The notes beneath the pieces were generated by a model. That model did no database searches and was not told the DNA's origin. It worked only from the letters and a program-made list of their open reading frames with translations. Of a stretch of DNA of 61,328 nt, positions 46,634 through 53,209 are shown in pieces. The position numbers were made by a program, and so were the translations under genes. Location of the stretch: positions 1-61,328 of the forward strand of contig JBGSRK010000013.1 in NCBI GenBank assembly GCA_041737595.1. Direction: 5' to 3'. Each line of letters begins with the position of its first letter. The stretch's first letter is position 1. The DNA is from Patescibacteria group bacterium (GTDB taxonomy: Bacteria > Patescibacteriota > CPR2 > UBA1875).

Positions 46634-46915
46634 TCAGTTAGCATCTTGCGAGTACACCGAGTTAAGCCTTGCAACGACTTCTTTGACTGAGCCGTCGACA
46701 CGTACCTTCAGTTCTGGACCCTTTGGAATGGGGATGCCCTTGAGAATGAGATAGCTACTCTCGTTTGGCATGTCGAGCCCATTGTAGTAAAAGGTTCCTG
46801 CATCAATCACTTGCCCCACTTCTTCGGGATCAACACTGTAATCCTCAGTTCTGCTGAAAATGTTGTCTTGCCCATCCTCTTCTACAACTACTCTCTCAAG
46901 CAGTACCTTCTTCAT
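46634..46915 (-). CDS. GC-rich orphan protein, module II second gene (93 aa)
   Basis: The start lies 8 nt after the stop of 46924-47307, with a GAGG SD in the gap. A 3' hairpin lies at 46581-46608. Confidence 0.6.
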   Translation of the reverse strand: MKKVLLERVVVEEDGQDNIFSRTEDYSVDPEEVGQVIDAGTFYYNGLDMPNESSYLILKGIPIPKGPELKVRVDGSVKEVVARLNSVYSQDAN

Positions 46916-46923
46916 GATATACC

Positions 46924-47307
46924 TCAGTTATCTTCGTTTATAGGGGATCTTGCCACTCGCATCAACACATAGTTCTCAACAGTTGCACTCGCAGCCTTAA
47001 GAGAAACTATGAATGGTTCTTCCGAACCACCCATAATATCATAAACCGCGAGTTTGTAGTAACGAGAGAAAAGCTCCTCGTACGATTCGTCCCATGCCGA
47101 AATCTCATCCATACCATCCTGACATTTCTGTTTCGCTCTCATTAAGAGAGTTTGCAGAAAATCTGTCTCAAAGATGATCTGTTTTACGAGTTCCCGACGA
47201 GATAGTTCGTAATCTATGATTAGCCCTCCAGTTATCACTATAAAAAGAGTGACTAATACGAGAAAGAAAATCCCCAGTATTACAAATGCCGATATTATGG
47301 CGTCCAT
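46924..47307 (-). CDS. GC-rich orphan membrane-anchored protein, module II first gene (127 aa)
   Basis: Start moved to ATG 47307 (GGGAG 8 nt upstream). N-terminal TM helix AIISAFVILGIFFLVLVTLFIVITGGLII. Confidence 0.6.
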   Translation of the reverse strand: MDAIISAFVILGIFFLVLVTLFIVITGGLIIDYELSRRELVKQIIFETDFLQTLLMRAKQKCQDGMDEISAWDESYEELFSRYYKLAVYDIMGGSEEPFIVSLKAASATVENYVLMRVARSPINEDN

Positions 47308-47350
47308 ACTAATCACTCCCGTCTGGGTATCGATGTATGTCGACTTATTC

Positions 47351-47491
47351 AAGTTGCACTGCAGTAATTAACCTGCAGATAGTTCATTTTGTTTATAGAT
47401 TCTGAATCAAGTTCAGAATGACAAAAGGATTTTATCTGAAGATTAGTGATTGTGGTGGGTGAGGTTCGGATTGCTCCGTTCCCCACCCACC
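47351..47491 (-). repeat. Inter-module structured repeat, copy 2
   Basis: AAGTTGCACTGCAGTAAT-TAACCTGCAGAT (47368-47380) ... inverted REP unit ... ATCTGAAGATTAG (47434-47446), then a GC hairpin nearly identical to that of copy 4. Confidence 0.8.
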
Positions 47492-47514
47492 GTACTCAAC
47501 TGATCGTCTTGTGG

Positions 47515-47883
47515 TTAGCCTGTATAAGGCATAACCTTAGTTGAGTTGTGATTCGGCGAGCGCATGAGCTCACCGTTCGACTCCCGGATCTTCCCCAAGA
47601 GAAATTTCTGATCCCTGACCCGCTTAAGGAGCGAGTCAGGGGGCAGTGAATCATCCTTCGCGGCGTCCACAAGTTCGTGGATAACCTCGAAGAAGACCCT
47701 TGGGGATTTCTTCTTCACCACGACGATCTCGTGGCGTCGTTCTATCTCATTGATCACGGGCCCAGAAAAGGCACCCGAATAACCTGCCTCCTCAAGCATG
47801 TGACAGGACGTGAAAATCAGTGTCCTTGTGTCCAAACGGTTGAACCCTAGAAGCCCAAGCTCGCGTGCACTTTCATCGTTCAT
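47515..47883 (-). CDS. GC-rich orphan protein, module III (122 aa)
   Basis: GGGAGGG SD 4 nt before ATG 47883. A 3' hairpin lies at 47452-47490. Confidence 0.6.
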   Translation of the reverse strand: MNDESARELGLLGFNRLDTRTLIFTSCHMLEEAGYSGAFSGPVINEIERRHEIVVVKKKSPRVFFEVIHELVDAAKDDSLPPDSLLKRVRDQKFLLGKIRESNGELMRSPNHNSTKVMPYTG

Positions 47884-47929
47884 AATGCCCTCCCTGAGTT
47901 GATCCCTTCCGGGACATTTTCTGAGTAAA

Positions 47930-48049
47930 GCTACTTGCAGCTTAGAATTAGCTCAAAGGCTATTAGTCTAATCTGCAAATCTTTGTACAATTTTATTGTT
48001 CAATTTGATTTGAAGATTAGGTGATGTGCGCGGAACGAGGTCCGCGCAC
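47930..48049 (-). repeat. Inter-module structured repeat, copy 3 (divergent, no REP core)
   Basis: CTAATCTGCAAAT (47968-47980) ... ATTTGAAGATTAG (48008-48020), then a GC hairpin. Confidence 0.7.
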
Positions 48050-48069
48050 GTTTTCACCCGAGAGATGGT

Positions 48070-48546
48070 TCAGTCGAACATGTGGCAAGCTGAGCACGAC
48101 TTAGGGTTTGGGTTCCTGCAGTCGGTGCAGTCTGCCGCATATCGCGGCTCTAGACCAGGGGCCATTGAGTAGGCCTCGTCGTAATCGTACTCGTCCGGAT
48201 AAGAATCTCCGAACATTACGTCGGGATCACGGCTCATCTGCTGCCAAACAAGGTCCATAATCTCGATACTTGCTCGCTCTTCGAGCTTGCGCTCTGCATA
48301 GCTAATCGCGCAGTTCCGGACCCTGTGAATGATCTCCGTCTGCAACTCCATGGAGGTGCAGTTGTAGTCATCAAGCGAGTCCCAATATGCACTATCTTCG
48401 CCGTCTCTTTCCAGAAGACTTTTATACGTCCTCATGGAACGATCATAGGCGCCTTTGTGAATTAGTTCTTTAACCTCTGGCATTGCCAGAAGATCAGCCT
48501 GAGTCATACCAGGCTCTACCATGATGCCACAAGGCAGACGCAGCAT
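48070..48546 (-). CDS. GC-rich orphan protein, module IV second gene (158 aa), C-terminal CxxC-x7-CxxC
   Basis: The ATG lies 1 nt after the stop of 48548-48730 (TGAaATG). It ends ...CTDCRNPNPKSCSACHMFD. A 3' hairpin lies at 48026-48049. Confidence 0.6.
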   Translation of the reverse strand: MLRLPCGIMVEPGMTQADLLAMPEVKELIHKGAYDRSMRTYKSLLERDGEDSAYWDSLDDYNCTSMELQTEIIHRVRNCAISYAERKLEERASIEIMDLVWQQMSRDPDVMFGDSYPDEYDYDEAYSMAPGLEPRYAADCTDCRNPNPKSCSACHMFD

Positions 48547-48547
48547 T

Positions 48548-48730
48548 TCAGTTCACCTTCCTGTCGAGGTAGATTCCCAGTAGAACTGCGCCCGTTAGAA
48601 CATCGTGCACCCTGTCTGACATCTGTATAAATATCAGAGCTACGATGATAGAGATGATGAATATGTTATAGACAGCTTCGACTGCGGCTGTTAAAGCCGC
48701 AGCCCTTCTTTCTGACATTCTTGAGCTCAT
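48548..48730 (-). CDS. GC-rich small membrane protein, module IV first gene (60 aa)
   Basis: Start moved to ATG 48730 (GGGGGG SD). Hydrophobic core VYNIFIISIIVALIFI. Confidence 0.5.
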   Translation of the reverse strand: MSSRMSERRAAALTAAVEAVYNIFIISIIVALIFIQMSDRVHDVLTGAVLLGIYLDRKVN

Positions 48731-48760
48731 TTTCCCCCCCATTTTTCTCGGGTGTATATT

Positions 48761-48921
48761 CAAGTTACACTGCAGTAACTAACCTGCAGATTTTATTCAT
48801 TGTCATTCTGAATTTGGCTGGCCCGAGGCGGACTCGCCCAGGGATTCAGAATCTATAAATATTATCTGAAGATTAGTGATTGTGGTGGGTGAGGTTTGGA
48901 TTGCTCCTTCCCCCACCCACC
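48761..48921 (-). repeat. Inter-module structured repeat, copy 4
   Basis: CAAGTTACACTGCAGTAA-CTAACCTGCAGAT (48779-48791) ... REP unit with a nested GC insertion ... ATCTGAAGATTAG (48864-48876), then a GC hairpin. Confidence 0.8.
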
Positions 48922-48948
48922 AAATTCGAAACCCAAAACGCATTGAGG

Positions 48949-49305
48949 TTACTTCTTGCGCCGAAACTCAGCTATCTTGGGCACACCATTTTTATCCGTG
49001 AAGACAAAAACGGTGTCACCGACCTCTATTCCAAGGTCAGTTGGGGGAAGAGCCACCGGCACTTCCTCAAATTCTGCCACGACGACTTCTTCGTAAATGG
49101 CAGTGACGGTACCTCCTTGGTGATAGCCAGACCAGAGTAGAGGCGTAAGGAAGAATGCGATAAGAGCTACAACCACAGCAGCTGTTATCAGAAACCCCTT
49201 TGCAGTTCCTTTCGAATACGTCATTAGTGCCATCAGCGCCACAATGATAAGGGCAATGATAGCCAAGACAAGCGGTCCCGTTAGCCAAGCTTCCCAGATA
49301 ATCAT
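48949..49305 (-). CDS. GC-rich orphan 2-TM protein, module V (118 aa)
   Basis: Start moved to ATG 49305 (AAGGGAGG SD). TM helices PLVLAIIALIIVALMALM and FLITAAVVVALIAFFLTPLL. A 3' hairpin lies at 48885-48920. Confidence 0.6.
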   Translation of the reverse strand: MIIWEAWLTGPLVLAIIALIIVALMALMTYSKGTAKGFLITAAVVVALIAFFLTPLLWSGYHQGGTVTAIYEEVVVAEFEEVPVALPPTDLGIEVGDTVFVFTDKNGVPKIAEFRRKK

Positions 49306-49383
49306 TATTCCTCCCTTGAACGTATTGGATATTGATCGCGTTGGTTTCGAATTCAAGTTACTTGTCCACAAAGTGAACTAAGT

Positions 49384-49412
49384 AATTTAACATATATTTA
49401 TATAAAAGTCAA
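49384..49412 (-). promoter_or_regulatory. Promoter upstream of the GC-rich array
   Basis: Minus strand TTGACT (49412-49407), 17-nt spacer ending TGT, TAAATT (49389-49384). It starts 3 nt after the map stop. Confidence 0.55.
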
Positions 49413-49414
49413 TA

Positions 49415-50173
49415 CTATTTGAGTTCTGTCAAAATTTCATAACCGTCATCGGTTACAAGCACAGTATGTTCATAATGGGAAGCTAATGAGTTATCATCTG
49501 TAAAATATGTCCACTTATCTTCTGAAAGAGCAACATCAATACAGCCACTCATAGTAAGCATTGGTTCTATTGCGATAGTCATTCCTGTTTTTAATATTGG
49601 ACCAGTCCCTTTTTCACCATAATTTGGAACATGTGGGTCTTCATGAACTTCTTTGCCAATACCGTGTCCAACTAACATTCTTATAACTCCATAACCTTCT
49701 TTTTCTGCAGTTTCTTGTATTTTAGCTGAGATATCGCCTAATCTAACCCCATCCTTAATAAGAGACGCTCCGGCATAAAATGATCTTTCGGTTGTTCTTA
49801 TAAGCTTATTTTGTTCCTTGGCCCCTTCACTCCCACATACAAAACTGAGAGCAGAATCAGTATGGAAGTCTGCATATAAAACACCCATATCAAGTGAAAC
49901 TAAATCACCTACCTGGATCACTTCATCGGTTGGTATACCGTGAACAACTTCAGTGTTCAAAGAAACACAAAGAGCCGCAGGATACCCTCCATAATTAAAA
50001 AAAGATGGCTTCACATGATATTTGAGACAAAGCCTTTTTGCAAGTTCGTCTAACTCTTTTCTTTTGACTCCAGGAACACATTTATTTTTTAATTCTATAA
50101 GAATACGTGCAAGTATTTGACCACCTTGGCGCATTGCTTCTTGTTCTTGTTTAGATTTAATATTTATAGTCAT
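49415..50173 (-). CDS. map: Methionine aminopeptidase type I
   Basis: 252 aa. ...VVHGIP......GD.VSLD......D....F..G......L......AL ... GHGIG...HE.P.V. Confidence 0.9.
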   Translation of the reverse strand: MTINIKSKQEQEAMRQGGQILARILIELKNKCVPGVKRKELDELAKRLCLKYHVKPSFFNYGGYPAALCVSLNTEVVHGIPTDEVIQVGDLVSLDMGVLYADFHTDSALSFVCGSEGAKEQNKLIRTTERSFYAGASLIKDGVRLGDISAKIQETAEKEGYGVIRMLVGHGIGKEVHEDPHVPNYGEKGTGPILKTGMTIAIEPMLTMSGCIDVALSEDKWTYFTDDNSLASHYEHTVLVTDDGYEILTELK

Positions 50174-50184
50174 ATTTGTCTTTT

Positions 50185-50222
50185 AAGGAAGGACGGACCT
50201 TCAGGAAGGTCCGTCCTTCCTT
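50185..50222. repeat. GGACGGACC...GGTCCGTCC palindrome, third copy; probable adk terminator
   Basis: AAGGAAGGACGGACCTTCAGGAAGGTCCGTCCTTCCTT between the adk stop and the map start. Confidence 0.75.
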
Positions 50223-50235
50223 GATTATATTAGAT

Positions 50236-50886
50236 TTAGAGAACCTTTCGTATTTCTTCCCTTATTTCTTCTGGGCTTGGGGTACCGTCAACCCGAGAAA
50301 GTACACTCATTTCTTCATAAAAATCAACAATTGGTTCATTATTTTCTTTAAAGATTTTAAATCTTCTTTTAACTGACTTGGGTTTGTCATCTTCACGTAC
50401 TGTTAATTTGCCACCACAATTTGGGCATGTTTTGTTTTTATTACTAGTGAATGAACCACATGCTTCACAAACGCGCCTTTTACTTATTCTACTAATTGCA
50501 TCTTTTTCTGAAAGCTCTATGTATATTACTTTATCAAGCATTCGGTTGTTTTCTTTAAGAATATCAATAAGTTTTTTCGCTTGTTCTAAACTTCTTGGAT
50601 ATCCGTCAATAATAACAGGTTGACCGTCTGGGAGTAAAACAAATGCTGAAATAAGCTCATCTTCTACGATTGAATCAGGTATAAGCTCACCTTTTTTCAA
50701 TTTTTCATGGATTTCTTCATTATGACCCGCAACTATTCGCATCAGTTCACCAGTTGAAATTATTTGATATCCAAGTGTTTCTGATAAAAATTCCGCTTGA
50801 GTATCTTTCCCAGAACCAGGAGCTCCAAGAATAATTATTGTTTCTGGTGCTGTTCTTTCTTCTATTGTAATTTCATTTTCGCTCAT
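50236..50886 (-). CDS. adk: Adenylate kinase with zinc-finger lid
   Basis: ILGAPGSGKDTQA P-loop; lid CEACGSF....NKTCPNCGG. Confidence 0.9.
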   Translation of the reverse strand: MSENEITIEERTAPETIIILGAPGSGKDTQAEFLSETLGYQIISTGELMRIVAGHNEEIHEKLKKGELIPDSIVEDELISAFVLLPDGQPVIIDGYPRSLEQAKKLIDILKENNRMLDKVIYIELSEKDAISRISKRRVCEACGSFTSNKNKTCPNCGGKLTVREDDKPKSVKRRFKIFKENNEPIVDFYEEMSVLSRVDGTPSPEEIREEIRKVL

Positions 50887-50903
50887 ATTTTTCCCTTTCG
50901 TTT

Positions 50904-50960
50904 GTCATCTTGAGCGAAGTCGAAAGATCTATTAGATTTCTCCACTTCGGTCGAAATGAC
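50904..50960. repeat. Head-to-head REP pair
   Basis: GTCATCTTGAGCGAAGTCGAAAGATCTATTAGATTTCTCCACTTCGGTCGAAATGAC. Confidence 0.8.
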
Positions 50961-50961
50961 A

Positions 50962-51375
50962 TTACCTACAAATATCTACTCTAAGTTTAGATAATATTAA
51001 TTGTTCTGTGTCTTCCATTTTATCACGATCTGCATCTTTTATATGATCAAAACCTGCTAGATGTAATATCCCATGAATAAAATATAAAATGACTAAATCT
51101 GCCGCATCATAATTAAGCTCATTTGCTTCTTTTTCTACTACAGATTCACATATAACAATATCTCCGTTTTTAGAGTCTTCATCAGTATTAAAAGAAAGTA
51201 CATTAGTTGGTTCGTCTTTACCTCTATATTCCTTATTCAAACCTCTTATACAATTTTCACAAGCAAATTTAACCCCAATATCAAAAGATTCATTTAAATA
51301 TTCAAAAATTACCTCGGTCACTTTCTCGAGTTCTTCTTTTTTAATGTACTTTGATGATTTTTCAATTTTTAACAT
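50962..51375 (-). CDS. ybeY: rRNA maturation endoribonuclease YbeY
   Basis: HGILHLAGFDH metal-binding motif; 137 aa. Confidence 0.9.
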   Translation of the reverse strand: MLKIEKSSKYIKKEELEKVTEVIFEYLNESFDIGVKFACENCIRGLNKEYRGKDEPTNVLSFNTDEDSKNGDIVICESVVEKEANELNYDAADLVILYFIHGILHLAGFDHIKDADRDKMEDTEQLILSKLRVDICR

Positions 51376-51624
51376 TAAATTATCTTTCTGCTCGACTATT
51401 AGTTTGAAAAGCGAATGAAAAGTGAGTAAATTTTTGAAAAATTACTTCCCGAAGGGCGCTTGCGTTGTAATTTTTTAAATTTGAGCGAATGCATGAATGA
51501 CACTTTGAAAACTTTTTTGTCGACAGTTTTGCATTACTTTTGCTGCCAAAAGTAATAAAAGAATAAAATAGATTCCCGATCAACTTATTATTTTTTTTGG
51601 TTAGTCGGGAATGACAAAAAATGA

Positions 51625-52062
51625 TTATACTCCCATAACCTCACGTACGATTTTTTGGACCAAAGCTCCATCGGCCTTACCTTTAAGTTCACCCATACAG
51701 GCACCCATGACACGACCGAAATCTTGACCTTCAAGTTCTTTGACTTTTATTTGAACAATTTTTTTTATATCTTCTTCATTCATTTTTTCTGGTAGATATT
51801 CTTCAATAATTTTTAATTCTGATTTTTCGTTTTCAGCGAGATCAGCTCTACCGCCTGCTTCAAATTGTGTTATTGAATCTTTTCTTTGTTTAGCTTCCTT
51901 TTCTAAAACTGAAAGTATTTCATCATCTTCAAGTTCATGGCCTTTTGCAATTTCTGAATTTTTAATCGAACTTTTTATCATACGTAAAAGACTAACAATC
52001 TGATCGTCATGTGCAATCATTGCATTTTTTAACCTCAAATCAAGATCTGACTTTAAACTCAT
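51625..52062 (-). CDS. GatB/YqeY-domain protein
   Basis: 145 aa. L...MK..D...V..LR.....I...E......L.D.E...VL.KE.KQR..S... Confidence 0.75.
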   Translation of the reverse strand: MSLKSDLDLRLKNAMIAHDDQIVSLLRMIKSSIKNSEIAKGHELEDDEILSVLEKEAKQRKDSITQFEAGGRADLAENEKSELKIIEEYLPEKMNEEDIKKIVQIKVKELEGQDFGRVMGACMGELKGKADGALVQKIVREVMGV

Positions 52063-52074
52063 CTTAACTCCTTT

Positions 52075-52287
52075 TTAATAACCCTTAAGTAGCATTGATT
52101 TAGTTTTTTGTGCCTTACGAGATGCTTTTCTTATAGCAGTTTCTCTTAGTTCTTTTTTAGATGGTCCTTTTTCAAAATGTTGTCGTTTTTTGATATCTGA
52201 AAGAACACCGCTTTGCTGAACTTTTCTGTTAAAGCGACGTAATAGGTTTTCAAAAGATTCACTTGGTTTTCTTGATACATGTTGCAA
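52075..52287 (-). CDS. rpsU: 30S ribosomal protein S21
   Basis: ..ESFENLLRRFNRKVQQSG...........EKPS.K.... Start moved to TTG 52287, 8 nt after AAGGAGG. Confidence 0.8.
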   Translation of the reverse strand: MQHVSRKPSESFENLLRRFNRKVQQSGVLSDIKKRQHFEKGPSKKELRETAIRKASRKAQKTKSMLLKGY

Positions 52288-52417
52288 ACGTATCACCTCC
52301 TTAAAAATAGAATATTGGTTTATTATTAAATGTAAAACCAAATATAATAATAGCAGATTTTTTACTTATCGTAAAGCCAAATTGTTAATATTAATTTTAA
52401 AACCATTTTAAATATTA

Positions 52418-52446
52418 TTGACAATATATTGATTATATGATATTAT
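52418..52446 (+). promoter_or_regulatory. Promoter of the 52559-52975 orphan
   Basis: TTGACA (52418-52423), 17-nt spacer ending TGA, TATTAT (52441-52446). Confidence 0.6.
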
Positions 52447-52558
52447 CTTTTTTGCTAATCGTACCTTATATATCGACTGGTAGTAAATTAAATACATATA
52501 AATTGCTTTTAATTTACTGCCAGTCGGCAGTAGCAGTCTAGACACTGGAGGTGTCAAG

Positions 52559-52975
52559 ATGGACCAGTCTCCGACATGTACTACCCCTGTAGCCATGGAC
52601 ATTTTTGTTCAGGCGCAGCGGGCCGCGGCAGCGGGTCTCATTCGAGTCAATGGATTGCCTCTTTGGCAATTCGGCGACTTCGGACGTGAAGTAATGCACG
52701 TCATCGACCCGCCCGTTTCAGAGGTGGGGTTCCATAGTTCCAACAACTCCCGCTTCGCACTTGTGACGCGTGAGGGGAACATGTACTGGGGTCACTCGAG
52801 CGGTTCAATGACGGTTATTGAGCTTCGCTATGACTTCATGGCAGAGTTCAGTATCGAACCCGGTTTCATCTGGGTGCCTGCATCAAATGGAGAGGAGTTC
52901 CTCCCACATCATTTGATGCAACGGCTTGCAGATCCGTTCTGCCAGCCGGCAAGAGGTCATACAAGTCGATTCTAG
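52559..52975 (+). CDS. GC-rich orphan protein (138 aa), no recognisable family
   Basis: GGAGG SD 7 nt before the ATG. The block is GC-rich and has its own promoter, a 17-bp 5' UTR hairpin (52474-52490 with 52510-52526) and a terminator. Confidence 0.6.
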   Translation: MDQSPTCTTPVAMDIFVQAQRAAAAGLIRVNGLPLWQFGDFGREVMHVIDPPVSEVGFHSSNNSRFALVTREGNMYWGHSSGSMTVIELRYDFMAEFSIEPGFIWVPASNGEEFLPHHLMQRLADPFCQPARGHTSRF

Positions 52976-53000
52976 AAGTCGACTGGACTACTGCAACATT

Positions 53001-53030
53001 GGGGCGGCCGCAAGGCCGCCCTTTCACTTT
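53001..53030 (+). terminator. Terminator of the orphan gene
   Basis: GGGGCGGCC-gcaa-GGCCGCCC followed by TTTCACTTT; GNRA loop. Confidence 0.65.
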
Positions 53031-53061
53031 CTAAATATTTAAGATATATATTAAAAAACAC

Positions 53062-53090
53062 TTGACATCTTGTGTCAAGCGTGATATACT
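53062..53090 (+). promoter_or_regulatory. Promoter of the transglycosylase gene with an overlapping inverted repeat
   Basis: TTGACA (53062-53067), 17-nt spacer ending TGA, TATACT (53085-53090). The CTTGACA-tcttg-TGTCAAG dyad (53061-53079) covers the -35 and spacer. Confidence 0.55.
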
Positions 53091-53209
53091 TCTCCGCGTC
53101 ATAGAAAAAGTAGGATTTTTCTGGGCTTTTGTCTCCGGGTCAGATGTCAAACTAAAACGGCCCACGACAAAATATCACCGTAAGGTGGAAAGGTAGGTGC
53201 ATCTAACTG

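Noticed and set aside
46481-48921. CRISPR array
   Set aside because: The repeats are long (95-160 nt), imperfect and only four in number. They are separated by 0.4-0.7 kb protein-coding modules rather than short unique spacers. No cas genes are present.
45601-49414. Integron gene-cassette array with attC sites
   Set aside because: The ORF / imperfect-inverted-repeat / ORF layout resembles cassettes. However, there is no integrase or attI in the window. The repeat arms (CTAATCTGCAGAT/ATCTGAAGATTAG) do not match the RYYYAAC/GTTRRRY core sites. The wobble-compatible substitutions fit mRNA-sense RNA pairing. It is kept only as an alternative to test.
51380-51583. 67-aa ORF between ybeY and the GatB/YqeY-like gene
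   Set aside because: It is AT-rich, has no SD, runs into a REP unit, and its composition looks non-coding. The 240-nt spacer may be a decayed gene remnant, but I cannot support any call.
3687-53030. GC-rich islands as chimeric metagenome misassembly
   Set aside because: This is unlikely. There are several independent islands, each joined to host-type promoters within a few bases. The array is interleaved with host REP units. The imported genes are translationally coupled or metabolically complementary to host genes (dut). It still deserves a read-pair check.
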